Source: an uncultured Nitrososphaerota archaeon
Lineage (GTDB): Archaea > Thermoproteota > Nitrososphaeria > Nitrososphaerales > CADDZS01
NCBI GenBank assembly: GCA_963799845.1
Contig: CAWCYI010000006.1
Coordinates: forward strand, 1,344,001-1,408,000
DNA length: 64,000 nucleotides
Direction: 5' to 3'
In this document: piece after piece, positions 42,187 to 52,288 of the stretch
How positions within the stretch are numbered: position 1 is the stretch's first letter
How the letters are laid out: each line of letters starts with the position of its first letter
Translations under genes and position numbers: made by a program
The notes under the pieces: generated by a model
Told to the model about the DNA's origin: nothing
Databases searched by the model: none
The model's input: the letters and a program-made list of their open reading frames with translations, nothing else

Positions 42187-42472
42187 TTCACTCAGAAATT
42201 ATCTCCCCGTGTGCGAACGCAGAAAAATTCTTTCTTAATGAAACAATGAAATCTAATACTAGAGCATCGAGCTAACTGGGCTGTCTAATTTACCCGCAAG
42301 TCAAGACTTGAATTAGATGCAGGTACAAGCTTATGTCAAATGGTGAATTATTCTCCAGCATTGATACCTTGGGTGAGTCTCGCTTGAACTTGTAATCATC
42401 AGATTCCGGAAAGGAATATCCATAAAACCAACCATTTGCATTAGCTTTTGCGTCACGTGATTTTCTGATAAA

Positions 42473-43048
42473 TTGCTTCCGTCGATTGATGAGCTGAAAA
42501 AACGTAGGATAAAGCTCGGACTGAGCCAGAGAAAGTTTGCTTCCTACCTAGGTGTAAGCCAGTCGACCATAACGAAGATCGAAAACAGGAAGCTTAGTCC
42601 GAGTTATGAGCTGGTGAAGAAAGCATACGACATACTCGACTCATTCGGCAGTCCTCAGATCGGCCTCGCCGGTGACATTTCAATCAAGAAAGTCATCAGC
42701 GTGCAAGACAACGACGTGATTTCAAAGGCCGTGCAGATTCTCCAGCAGCAAGGCTTCAAGCAACTCCCCGTCCGCGACAAAGAGAACCACTGGGTGGGTA
42801 GCATTTCGGAGAGAAGCATCTCGAACAGGTTGCTCAAGGTATCAAATCCGAAACTGCTTTTGTCGCGGGAAGTTGCGGATGTAATGGACGAGGCGTTTCC
42901 AACCATCGCGGAAGACACGCCTATTTCGATCGCTATACCGCTCCTCCAGCATTTTCAGGCCGTGCTAACTACCAAAAAAGGTCGCGTGACCGGCATTGTA
43001 ACAAACGCCGATCTCGTTAGAATGCTCTCTTCAGACAGAGTACAGTGA
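42473..43048 (+). CDS. XRE-HTH + CBS-domain transcriptional regulator
   Basis: LGLSQ...GVSQSTITKIE followed by a CBS pair. Confidence 0.9.
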   Translation: MLPSIDELKKRRIKLGLSQRKFASYLGVSQSTITKIENRKLSPSYELVKKAYDILDSFGSPQIGLAGDISIKKVISVQDNDVISKAVQILQQQGFKQLPVRDKENHWVGSISERSISNRLLKVSNPKLLLSREVADVMDEAFPTIAEDTPISIAIPLLQHFQAVLTTKKGRVTGIVTNADLVRMLSSDRVQ

Positions 43049-43245
43049 TCGGTTAAATTTCAATCCAAGCTTATCCCCTTCGAGCCACATTTCAAAATCA
43101 CCTGGAAACTCTTTGCGACGGTATGAAGCAGGGGACGGAAAGTTTGATAATCGTCAAACCATGATTTCAACGCTCATTACAGACTGTGAGATCCAACTGA
43201 CCGCATCGTGACTTGAATCCAAATTTCTGAGAATAATGAAGATCC

Positions 43246-44139
43246 ATGTCTGAAGCCTTCAAACCCAAGCAGTACCGGAGAGCCCTATCTGAGGAGGAGA
43301 CATCCGAGCTCTTGAAGCAATATGGGGAGAAGGGGAGAATCATCGCGGGAGGCACCGGAATCTATGAAGTCGCTCATCGAGGGCTATTATCTGAAGTTGA
43401 AGCATTGATCGACATTAGCAGCTTGAATTTGAGTTATGTCATAATAGGAGATCAATTCGCGCGTATCGGCGCGTCCACGACGATGTCGAGCGTTTTCGAA
43501 TCCAAACAATTGGCAGAATATCCGGAACTGTCAGGATTGTTCGATGCTCTAAGAGCTATCCAGCCTCTTCAGGTGAAGAATGTGGCGACGATCGCCGGGG
43601 CCATATGCACGGCTCTCCCATTCTTTGATCTGCCCGTTTCATTGATAGCAATGGACGCGGATGTCGTTATTTCCCCCGAGAATAGAATCACAAAGCTCAC
43701 GGAGTTTATTCAGGGTTACTTTTCAGTAGACCTGCATCCCGGAGAATTCGTGAAGGAGGTCCGGATTCCACGCTCGCACAAAAATGGAACTGGAGGCAGC
43801 GCTTTTCAAAAATTCGCAATCACAGGCGACGACTGGGCTATCATTAATTGCGGGGCTTCCCTGAAAATAGAAGGTAACAAAATTTCCAAACCCAGAATAT
43901 GTTTCGGCGGAGGAGTGGGCGAAAAGCCAAAAAGAGTTTTTCAAATCGAAAAAATGTTACACGGAATTAGGGCGACTGATGAGATCGGGATCAAAACCGT
44001 TCTCGAAGAGAGCATAGAAAAGGATCTCGAAACCGTCTCAGACATCCGGGCCTCTGCGCAGTATCGAACGAACCTTGCAAAAGTTCTGGGAAGAAGGACG
44101 ATATTGCGTGCCGCAAAAATAGCAATGGGGGAAAAGTAG
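43246..44139 (+). CDS. Xanthine/CO dehydrogenase family FAD subunit (CoxM-like)
   Basis: IAGGT, QVKNVATIAG and SDIRAS..YR. Confidence 0.9.
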   Translation: MSEAFKPKQYRRALSEEETSELLKQYGEKGRIIAGGTGIYEVAHRGLLSEVEALIDISSLNLSYVIIGDQFARIGASTTMSSVFESKQLAEYPELSGLFDALRAIQPLQVKNVATIAGAICTALPFFDLPVSLIAMDADVVISPENRITKLTEFIQGYFSVDLHPGEFVKEVRIPRSHKNGTGGSAFQKFAITGDDWAIINCGASLKIEGNKISKPRICFGGGVGEKPKRVFQIEKMLHGIRATDEIGIKTVLEESIEKDLETVSDIRASAQYRTNLAKVLGRRTILRAAKIAMGEK

Positions 44140-44610
44140 ACGGAAAGTATCTCCATTTTTGTCAACGGCCAGAGAATCAATCTATCCGTCGAGCCGGGTG
44201 AGTCACTCAACCATCTTATTCGAGAGAGACTAGGGCTTATCGGAACGAAACGAGGCTGCGAGACTGGGGGCTGTGGCTCCTGTACGGTTATTGTTGATAG
44301 TAAGGCGGTGTACTCCTGTATGATGTACGCCATGCAAGCTTCCGGAAAGCGGGTGATTACGATCGAAGGGCTTCAGAATGGAACTAAGCTTGATCCCATC
44401 CAAGAAAGCTTCATGGACAAAGGGGGCCTTCAGTGCGGTTTCTGCACGACCGGGTTCATAATGTCGTCAAAAGCTCTTCTGAACAAGAATCCAAATCCAT
44501 CGCTCGATGAGATAAGAGATGCTCTTGTCGGTAACCTCTGCCGATGCACCGGTTACAACAAGATATTCGATTCCGTCATCGCAGCTTCGAAATCGATACG
44601 CAAAAATTGA
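44140..44610 (+). CDS. Xanthine/CO dehydrogenase family 2Fe-2S subunit (CoxS-like)
   Basis: GTKRGCETGGCGSCTV, QCGFC and GNLCRCTGY. The start is obscured, probably a GTGA overlap with an inserted A. Confidence 0.88.
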   Translation, partial: TESISIFVNGQRINLSVEPGESLNHLIRERLGLIGTKRGCETGGCGSCTVIVDSKAVYSCMMYAMQASGKRVITIEGLQNGTKLDPIQESFMDKGGLQCGFCTTGFIMSSKALLNKNPNPSLDEIRDALVGNLCRCTGYNKIFDSVIAASKSIRKN

Positions 44611-44655
44611 TCCCCGAATTACTGAAATATTGCGGAGGCGCGGGTTGAACAGAAA

Positions 44656-45201
44656 TTGAAATCGAATCAGGAGTCGACCGATGGCGAGCTCGACGAAATG
44701 ATCTACACCTCTGATGAATCTGGCAATCTGCTCATTCTTGAATCGAGAAAAAGACTCCACCTCGCCCGGTCCTCAAGACGGCATGCCGCGGTGATCGGAA
44801 TGATCATGAAGAACAACGGGACATATCTGGTCCAGTGGAGAGCGGCCAACAAGCTTGGTGGAAGCAGGCTGGATGTTTCCGCGACGACGCATGTGAGAAA
44901 AAACGAGACCTATGAAAGAGCTCTGCAACGCTCGTTTTCAAACGAGCTCAACATCAAGCAGGCAGTTCCGCTGAAACACGCTTTTGATTTCAGGTATGAA
45001 GAAGACCTAGGAGAGCGCAGGGAGAACGAGTACTGTAAAGTGTTCATCGGAAAGTACGAGGGCAAGTACACCCCAAATCCAGATGAGGTCGATTCAATAG
45101 AGTTCATGACTCTCACCCAGCTCAAGGATTTTGTAAATAATAATCCGGCTAAGTCTACAAAGTGGTTGAGGGAAACCGTGAAGCGGATGGAAGTTTCGTG
45201 A
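44656..45201 (+). CDS. NUDIX hydrolase (IPP isomerase type 1-like fold)
   Basis: H...RH.A, LVQWRA, THV...ET, ENEYC and PNPDEV. Confidence 0.78.
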   Translation: MKSNQESTDGELDEMIYTSDESGNLLILESRKRLHLARSSRRHAAVIGMIMKNNGTYLVQWRAANKLGGSRLDVSATTHVRKNETYERALQRSFSNELNIKQAVPLKHAFDFRYEEDLGERRENEYCKVFIGKYEGKYTPNPDEVDSIEFMTLTQLKDFVNNNPAKSTKWLRETVKRMEVS

Positions 45202-45203
45202 AA

Positions 45204-45647
45204 CTAGGCGACATTTTCAAGTCGGGATTTTACACACGACGCAAATTCGCTTGCCTGCTTTTTCACCAGGTCTTTGCCTATTATCGTCACCGCGGTTTTT
45301 CCGGTAACCGAGATCGGCTTGATCTCGACGTTGTACCTGATTTTGGTTTTGTCAGAAAAACTGACTAAATCCACAGTTCCTGTTACTTCAGCATCCTGGC
45401 CCTCACCAGTGAACTTCATCCGCGTGCCCTCGATTTTCTCAACTATCTTCGCCTTTAGCTCGAACGTCTTCGACAGGTACCCGACTTTCAGCTTCACCTT
45501 GAAAACCGCGCTGGATTCATCGATGGACTGAACGCTTTCGCATCCTGGGATGCAATTTCCAACGTTGGATAAAATGGAAAAGAACGTCCAGCATTTGCCT
45601 TGAGATGCGTTTACTTCAAACTCTTCGCTAGCTTGAACTGATGGCAA
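45204..45647 (-). CDS. CoxG/SRPBCC family protein
   Basis: CIPGCESV, KVKLKVG and START-like fold pattern. Confidence 0.85.
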   Translation of the reverse strand: MPSVQASEEFEVNASQGKCWTFFSILSNVGNCIPGCESVQSIDESSAVFKVKLKVGYLSKTFELKAKIVEKIEGTRMKFTGEGQDAEVTGTVDLVSFSDKTKIRYNVEIKPISVTGKTAVTIIGKDLVKKQASEFASCVKSRLENVA

Positions 45648-45690
45648 CGGTGTACAGTTTGACCTGTTGCCTAATTAACAGGTTCGGGAG

Positions 45691-45999
45691 TTAAGCTAAC
45701 TGAGCAACTAATTGAGGGGATTCAAGCTGCTTTCTGACGTTGGCGTAGGTGTCTAGGACTCTACTTCCCTTCTGGGTAAGGACGTAATTTTTCCTCCCCT
45801 CGATCACGCTCGAAATCACTAGTCCCTGTTCTTCCAGCGCCTTTATGAAATTCCGCATAACTGCCCATGAAAGATTTGATCGATACATGATGTGAGTCGG
45901 TCTGCCGGCTCCCTCGGAAATCGCTTGGAGTATGTCGATCTTGACTTCCATTTTGGACCTTCTAGGTCCCGCAAGAATATTCGTCTCTACCGTTTCCAT
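45691..45999 (-). CDS. Winged helix-turn-helix protein (HTH_45-like)
   Basis: RRSKMEVKIDIL...PTHIMYRSNLSW...YVLTQKG. Confidence 0.88.
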   Translation of the reverse strand: METVETNILAGPRRSKMEVKIDILQAISEGAGRPTHIMYRSNLSWAVMRNFIKALEEQGLVISSVIEGRKNYVLTQKGSRVLDTYANVRKQLESPQLVAQLA

Positions 46000-46151
46000 T
46001 CACTGGTCTCTCAGATACGTCCCTGGTTCTTTTACGTTATTATCCGCCGATCAATAATCTGCGGTTACATATCCAAAAAATTTCGAGAATGAAGCTTAAC
46101 GTACTGTTTCAGGATTCATAATCGAAATAAATAGCTTGAGAGGAATCGAAC

Positions 46152-46403
46152 TTGAAATTGATTAGGCGAACTAAAGACAACATAATTGCCTCTGTGGTTG
46201 ATGTCGCAAGTATAGTCTTCGCCTATAGACTTGGTGTCTCCCAGCTTGGTATAGCGGCGGGGCTGGGCTATGGCTTATTCGATGCATGGATTGTTATTTG
46301 GCAGAGGGACAGGATCGCAAACGGAGTGAGGACCTTTTCTAGCAGGGTCAAAGATCACTCGTCTTTCAGGAGAAAGGATGCACTCCCCTGGGCCGCAAAC
46401 TAG
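46152..46403 (+). CDS. Small membrane protein
   Basis: 83 aa with two hydrophobic segments. Confidence 0.55.
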   Translation: MKLIRRTKDNIIASVVDVASIVFAYRLGVSQLGIAAGLGYGLFDAWIVIWQRDRIANGVRTFSSRVKDHSSFRRKDALPWAAN

Positions 46404-46430
46404 TCGACGAGCCTATTGAAAAGTTGAACC

Positions 46431-47210
46431 GTGGGATTGTCCCTAAATGTCCTGACTCTTCCTCCCAGAATCTTTCGCAGCGTACGTGCGGGCATAATCT
46501 ATGACAAGACCGAATTCGAAAAAAGCGAGCTCGATTCCATAGAAAGATTGTATCGCCGAATAAACGTCGAGCTTATCCCATTCGAAAAGTTGCAAAGTCT
46601 TGATAAAGAATTTGGAATTCTTGGATTGATGGGGCCGCGAGCTCTGAGAGGATCAAGGGAATTCATTGAGAATTTCAGCTGCTTGAAGGTGGGATTTCAC
46701 CCAGCAGGAGGGAGCCTGGAGCCCCTGAGAAAGTCGCTGAAACATGTCAACGCCGCGATTATCTGTCTTGGATCGAAAACTCTTATCCAATCATTGTCTA
46801 GCAGCGTGTATCATTTTTATGAAAGTCTGACCCTTCCGAGCCTTCTGAATATTGATCTGGCCGATGTGGAAAGCATTGCGGGTGGAATAGGCATCTCCTT
46901 CAACGAATCGGGAGATTCTTCAGAGGACGTTATTTCTCAGCTTCCATCTGAATGCTACTCTGCGAAGAGCGCACTCTTGCATTTTTCCTGTTCGCGAAAC
47001 GTTACTCTAGAAGAAGTCTACCGGATTTCAAAAATGATTTCGACAAGAAAGGCTGCGAGTCCGTTTGCGCACAACCAGACACCAGATCAAATCAAGATGT
47101 ACAAGAGGATCAGATTGAAGATGGGTCTGAGGATAGCACAAGATTTGGGCGAGGGTAAAATAATGCCCAGGATCTCCTTGACAGGCATCTTATTCGGTAT
47201 CAGGGACTGA
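46431..47210 (+). CDS. Degenerate FtsZ/tubulin-like protein (C-terminal domain retained)
   Basis: PSLLNIDLADV, AKSALLHF...VTLEEV and MGLRI...ISLTGILFGI match the FtsZ T7 loop and C-terminal domain. No GGGTG motif. Confidence 0.6.
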   Translation: MGLSLNVLTLPPRIFRSVRAGIIYDKTEFEKSELDSIERLYRRINVELIPFEKLQSLDKEFGILGLMGPRALRGSREFIENFSCLKVGFHPAGGSLEPLRKSLKHVNAAIICLGSKTLIQSLSSSVYHFYESLTLPSLLNIDLADVESIAGGIGISFNESGDSSEDVISQLPSECYSAKSALLHFSCSRNVTLEEVYRISKMISTRKAASPFAHNQTPDQIKMYKRIRLKMGLRIAQDLGEGKIMPRISLTGILFGIRD

Positions 47211-47244
47211 GCTTCTTCGCGCGCCCTATCTTATAAACCGAGAT

Positions 47245-48283
47245 ACTCTCTTTTCCGACAATTATTTCGCAAGCTGGTAAACAGGAGTAGACTGGGAGAG
47301 TTTTGGAAGAGCGTAACAAAGCGTTACGAGAAACATGTGCCCGCGAAGCTTGATAGCGACAAGATCAGTTACCTCTTCAGAGCTAGAGAAAGGGGCGAGA
47401 CCTGCGCAAACATTGCTCTCCAGCTCGGGGTGTCAAAGAGGAGGGTTGAGCAGATACTTGCCCAGCATAGGAAAGGTGGGGGTGTGCCTCTCCTCCTCAA
47501 GAAACCAGGAAGGAAAAGCATTCCAATTACCGACGAGGAAACTTCACTCGTCATTGATGCTTATCAGAGATATAGGGCAAACGCCCTCTACCTTGAACGA
47601 AAGATCGAGAGCGATAGCAAGATTCACATCAACCACAACAGGATACACAGGGTGCTCCTGATGAACTCCTTTGCGTCAAACTCTAGGAAGAAGTGGATAA
47701 GGAGGAAGTGGGTCAGATACGAGAGGGAACACTCGAATTCATTATGGCATACGGACTGGCACGAGGTAAAGGATCCGAGGTGGAAGGGCAAGTGGCTCAC
47801 CTGCTATGAAGATGATGCTTCTCGTCTCATTACCGGATTTGGGGTCCATGAAACGCTGACCTCGGAGTACTCTGTTTCCTGTCTTGAGAGCGCCATGAAG
47901 GAACACGGCAAACCTGCATCGATCCTATCCGACCACGGAACCACATTTTACACGATGGAATCTGAGAGGAGGGAGAAGGGGATGACAGAATTCGAGAGGT
48001 GTCTCTTGAAGCACAAGATAAGATTCATCCTCGGAAGAGTCAACCACCCCCAGACGAACGGCAAGATCGAGAAGTTCTTCGACATATTCGAGAGTAAGAT
48101 CAAGTGGTTCTCCTCGATAGATGAGTTCATGAAGTGGTACAATGAAGTGAGGCCTCATGGAGCCCTTGACCTCAAGACGCCAACCCAGGCTTACTACGAG
48201 AAGATGCCGCAGTTAGATGCTCTTGAATATCCTTTGTCTATGGAGGTCTCCTGACAGATGCGAAATGATTTCTGGAAAAAACA
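47245..48283 (+). mobile_element. IS481-family element with 15-bp target duplication
   Basis: Imperfect 25-bp IRs ending ...AAACA. CTTATAAACCGAGAT is duplicated at 47230-47244 and 48284-48298. Confidence 0.85.
47337..48254 (+). CDS. IS481-family transposase
   Basis: RYEREHSNSLWHTD, DDASR, LSDHG, PQTNGKIE and YN..RPH. Confidence 0.92.
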   Translation: MPAKLDSDKISYLFRARERGETCANIALQLGVSKRRVEQILAQHRKGGGVPLLLKKPGRKSIPITDEETSLVIDAYQRYRANALYLERKIESDSKIHINHNRIHRVLLMNSFASNSRKKWIRRKWVRYEREHSNSLWHTDWHEVKDPRWKGKWLTCYEDDASRLITGFGVHETLTSEYSVSCLESAMKEHGKPASILSDHGTTFYTMESERREKGMTEFERCLLKHKIRFILGRVNHPQTNGKIEKFFDIFESKIKWFSSIDEFMKWYNEVRPHGALDLKTPTQAYYEKMPQLDALEYPLSMEVS

Positions 48284-48474
48284 CTTATAAACCGAGATCA
48301 GAAAAACTTTAATTTCAGTCGGCCGTTTCTGTGGGAACGGCAATCTCGACTAGATTAGTTTGGCATGAGTTGAAGGAGAGAAAACTATCCTTGGCAAAGT
48401 TATTGGGTGCACTTGATCTCTTTCTCAGTGCTAAATGGGGAAGGATGTCTATGAAGAGGCCTTGAAATTACCAG

Positions 48475-50160
48475 ATGGCAAAATACGTACTTATTTCCGA
48501 CCTCACTCTATCACACGACTACCAAAACTTCCCTCTACTAGATTTTCTGCCCAGTGCGCCTTCGGATAATCTTCCGAATTTCTTATACAAATACCTGAAG
48601 GGCAGGCCGCCCCCTGACATTAACGGCCGCGCTTCAATGGCCACTTACCCGCTGAGGAAGCTTGAAGCGTCCCTGCTCCAAAGGTATTCGGAAAGCGATG
48701 TAGTCGTCGCCCACGAAGACCATTTCGAGGAATTCATCAAAGACGATACCGAAATCATCGGTGTAACCACCATGGATCCGCTGGGACTAGCGCCGTTGAC
48801 GATGTCCTATACCTTGTTTTTTGGTTCAACCGCGCCTTCTTACGTCCAGAAGGAGTTCGAATCTCTGATTGGCAGGATCAACCGGATTAGACAGGGGAAG
48901 AAGGCCAAGCTAGTCATTGGCGGCCCGGGGGTTTGGGAGTTCACCGTCCATCCTCAGGAAATGGATCGCCTAAATATTGACTACGCCTTTCAGGGAGAGT
49001 CCGAGGATATCATAAATGATCTCTTCGATTATGTTCTGAATGATTCTACTCGGAGCAATGAATTCTTCAGGGGTTTTCAGACGTTCGACAGCGATTATCA
49101 CAAGAGCTTTGTCGGTGACCATAGGTTCATCTCCAGATATCAGTTCTCCAAACAGTTCCCGAAGCTCGAAGACATACCCGAGATAGTCAATCCGACGATC
49201 AAGGGCTTCTTGGAGGTCATGCGGGGTTGCGGGATCGGTTGCGATTTCTGCGAAGTTACTTTACGCCCCCTGAGATACTATCCCCCGGAAAAGGTCAGGA
49301 GGGAGATCGAGGTCAACGTAAAGAAAGGCGGGATTGACAACGTCTGGACCCACAGCGACGAGATCTTTGCGTACAAACACGGAAAGAATTTCGTACCAGA
49401 CTACGACGCGCTAGTTGATCTGTTCAGCGTGATCATGGGCACGCCTGGAGTCCGTCACACCAACCCGACGCACGGTAGGATTTCAATTCCGCTAGGATAT
49501 CCGGAGCTCATTAAGAAACTTTCGGAGATCATGACGGCGGGCCCCGAGAATTGGATTGGTCTCCAGGTGGGCGTCGAGACCGGAAGCGATCGACTCGCCA
49601 AGATCCATATGCCCAACAAGACTCTGCCACTCAAGATCGGACCCGACGGTACTTGGCCGGAGATTGTCTGGAAGGGCACGTTTGTCATGAACAAGTATTA
49701 CTGGCGTCCGGCCTTCACGGTTCAGGTTGGGCAGGAGTCTGAAACGGATGAAGACAATTGGGACACGGTTGCGCTGATAAATCAGATGAGCAACTCAGAA
49801 GTCGATGGAAGACCTTTCGAATTCACGATTACACCAATGCAGAACGTGTCTTTGGGTCACTTGAGAAGCAGAGATTTCTCAGCCTTTGCCTTGAACGAAT
49901 CGCAACTGGCTGTCTACTATGCGTCGTACCGGCACCTGGCCAAGGTTGCGTCGAGAGATGCCTTCAGGAATGGCAGAAATGGCCGAAACCGGAATATCTT
50001 CTCACTCGTGGGAACTGGCTCGCTCATAAGTCTCGGCGGAAAAGTGATGCTTCGCACGATAGCGAATACATGTCGAAGACAAGGCCTGGATCTCGAGAAA
50101 GCTGCAAGGTACGGCCTGAATCAAAAGGTTCCTCAAGCACCTTCGATTCCCGCGATGTAA
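48475..50160 (+). CDS. B12-binding-domain radical SAM protein
   Basis: RGCGIGCDFC, TMDPLG, IGGPG and GVETGS. Confidence 0.9.
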   Translation: MAKYVLISDLTLSHDYQNFPLLDFLPSAPSDNLPNFLYKYLKGRPPPDINGRASMATYPLRKLEASLLQRYSESDVVVAHEDHFEEFIKDDTEIIGVTTMDPLGLAPLTMSYTLFFGSTAPSYVQKEFESLIGRINRIRQGKKAKLVIGGPGVWEFTVHPQEMDRLNIDYAFQGESEDIINDLFDYVLNDSTRSNEFFRGFQTFDSDYHKSFVGDHRFISRYQFSKQFPKLEDIPEIVNPTIKGFLEVMRGCGIGCDFCEVTLRPLRYYPPEKVRREIEVNVKKGGIDNVWTHSDEIFAYKHGKNFVPDYDALVDLFSVIMGTPGVRHTNPTHGRISIPLGYPELIKKLSEIMTAGPENWIGLQVGVETGSDRLAKIHMPNKTLPLKIGPDGTWPEIVWKGTFVMNKYYWRPAFTVQVGQESETDEDNWDTVALINQMSNSEVDGRPFEFTITPMQNVSLGHLRSRDFSAFALNESQLAVYYASYRHLAKVASRDAFRNGRNGRNRNIFSLVGTGSLISLGGKVMLRTIANTCRRQGLDLEKAARYGLNQKVPQAPSIPAM

Positions 50161-50219
50161 TGCAAGCTAAGAGTTAGTTTTAACAGCTCAAATTCGAAAA
50201 CCCCTGACGAGTTATTTTC

Positions 50220-50954
50220 TTGGTCAGGTTTGATGTTTACACTGCTTCCAACAGCGTGGGCGCTGGCCACTCTGAAAATCAAGACTCCTACCTCGCCGAC
50301 ATGTCAACTATGCTTTTCGCGGTTGCCGATGGCGTCGGAGGGTACCAGGGAGGCAAGGAGGCAAGCGAACTTGCCGTTGCCGCCCTGCGAAACAGGGCGG
50401 GCATGATGCAGGATGAATCTTTAATCATAACCAGCCTCGAAGACATCCACGAGCAATTAATCCATACGGCGAAGGCCCGGCATCTGCCTAACATGGGAAC
50501 GACGATCGCCCTCGTAAAGATTTTTCCAAATTTTCAGACCGGGATAGGAGGCAAGGTGATTACAGCAAACGTCGGAGACAGCCCAATACTGCTATTCTCC
50601 AAGAACGAAACGGATTTTGAATCCAGCTCCTATCGTAAAGTTTTCACCGATGATTCTTTCAGAGACAAAGCTCCTGGCTCGATGTGGGCCATAGTCCAAT
50701 ATCTGGGAATAGAGTCGCAAGAAGTTGATGTTCATGTTCAGAATTTTGATTTCCAAAATGGGGATGTGATTCTAATATGTTCAGACGGAGTGAGTGATAA
50801 CCTCCTCGGGGAAAACACGTATTCCCGAGGGAGGGGAGCGGGTGACATCGAAGAACTGGTGAGGCGGAATGGCAGTGCTCAAAAAATCGTGGAAGAGGCG
50901 ATGCGCGCCGGAGTCAAAAATGATGATATGACGGCGCTCCTAGTGTTTCTCTAA
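50220..50954 (+). CDS. PP2C/PPM-family Ser/Thr phosphatase
   Basis: NQD, VADGVGG, MGTT, NVGDS, CSDG and DDMT. Confidence 0.92.
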   Translation: MVRFDVYTASNSVGAGHSENQDSYLADMSTMLFAVADGVGGYQGGKEASELAVAALRNRAGMMQDESLIITSLEDIHEQLIHTAKARHLPNMGTTIALVKIFPNFQTGIGGKVITANVGDSPILLFSKNETDFESSSYRKVFTDDSFRDKAPGSMWAIVQYLGIESQEVDVHVQNFDFQNGDVILICSDGVSDNLLGENTYSRGRGAGDIEELVRRNGSAQKIVEEAMRAGVKNDDMTALLVFL

Positions 50955-51385
50955 TCTGATTGTGAAGAGTCCAACCGCCCTTCGAACCAGGATTCTCGAA
51001 ACAAACTATGTCAATAACGCGATATAGCGGAAACTGATATACTCCTTTGGAGCATAATTTCTCTCTTTAGGGCCTTTAGAGAAAATAGAAACGATTTTAG
51101 TACCAGAGGAGAAACTATCGATTGACGCTCTCTTTGGGAAGCACGGCCGAAAGGTTCGCCCCGGAAGATGATGGGAAGCACACCAGATTTCTGTGCGAAT
51201 CCTGCGATAAATTCTTCTGCTGACCTGCTGGAAGGCCTGTCCCAGATGTAGTTAGGCTCGTTCTCAGCTCATCCTTTCCCGAACTAAACCTTTGATCGTG
51301 TTACTATGTCGGCATCACGAACACCGGAACCCGGTTCAAAACAAAATGCCTTCTCCACTATTCTGCCGTGATCAGAATGACGGAC

Positions 51386-51742
51386 TTACGCAGAAAGGAC
51401 GGAAAAGATAGTAATGAAGTTATTCACAGAGATAAGCGCGAAGATAAACCCGAATACGATTACTGTCAAGAGAATCGTCCTTCTCATACCTTGATTCCTA
51501 GTGACCAAGCCCAAAATCACGAGCCCTCCCACACCGACAAAGAATACGGATTTTATTAACATAAAGGCATTCACCAGTCCTACGCCAAGGCTTGACGAAA
51601 AGAGGAGTAGAGCAGAATTTGCCTCTGAAAGCCCCAGCCTCAATGCGAGGATGGTACTGGAAAGATCAAACAGGTTGAAAATTATGAAATATGCAAACGC
51701 GATCATGAGAGATGAATAGGAAACCACAACCTGAGCTTTCAT
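51386..51742 (-). CDS. DUF5658-like small membrane protein
   Basis: FNLFDLSST...G..EAN...K...NN. Confidence 0.7.
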   Translation of the reverse strand: MKAQVVVSYSSLMIAFAYFIIFNLFDLSSTILALRLGLSEANSALLLFSSSLGVGLVNAFMLIKSVFFVGVGGLVILGLVTRNQGMRRTILLTVIVFGFIFALISVNNFITIFSVLSA

Positions 51743-51919
51743 GATACATTAATCAGTAGTTGGTGATATTTATCTTCTTTACAAAAACTCTCCATGAACT
51801 CACCCGTATTACTCGGTGAGTAGAAAGCCGTCGTTGTATGCCTCTACCATTCGTTGATAATTGATGCCGCCTAGTTTCGAAAGAACCAGTTCGTCCTGAT
51901 CTTGAATTCAAGTGGCGAA

Positions 51920-52288
51920 TCATAATCCGTGGTCATAACTGAGTAGAGACGAACCAGTCTCAGAAATCGTCTCACTTGCAAGAGTATTGGTTAACGAGGC
52001 ATTAGAACTAGAAACGGTTGAATCTCCCGTAGTCGACGGGATTGAACAACCAGCCGAAGTTAGTGAAGTAGAAGAAACTACTGAAGATGAAGTCGAGACA
52101 CTTTGCGATGACGAAGATGAAGGAGCAGAAGATGAGGATGTCGTTGTCGTACTTGAAGAGCTAGAAAGAGCGACATAAGCCCCGACTATTAATACGAGAA
52201 TTACGATCACGACGATTCCAATCATTGCGCTTCTTGCAAGAGCGCTCTGTTGACCATACTTTCGAGTGGGATTGATAGAACGTACCAT
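51920..52288 (-). pseudogene. pstS: Truncated phosphate-binding protein PstS (N-terminus only)
   Basis: Membrane anchor and Ser-rich linker, then TISETGSSLL (PstS N-terminal motif) and an immediate stop. Adjacent to the polyP genes. Confidence 0.6.

Noticed and set aside
44134-44142. coxM and coxS are in frame and separated by one TAG with no start codon, suggesting read-through or pyrrolysine recoding
   Set aside because: Deleting one A from AAGTAGACG gives AAGTGACG, a standard GTGA stop/start overlap. TAG also ends many ordinary genes here, and no pyl genes are seen.
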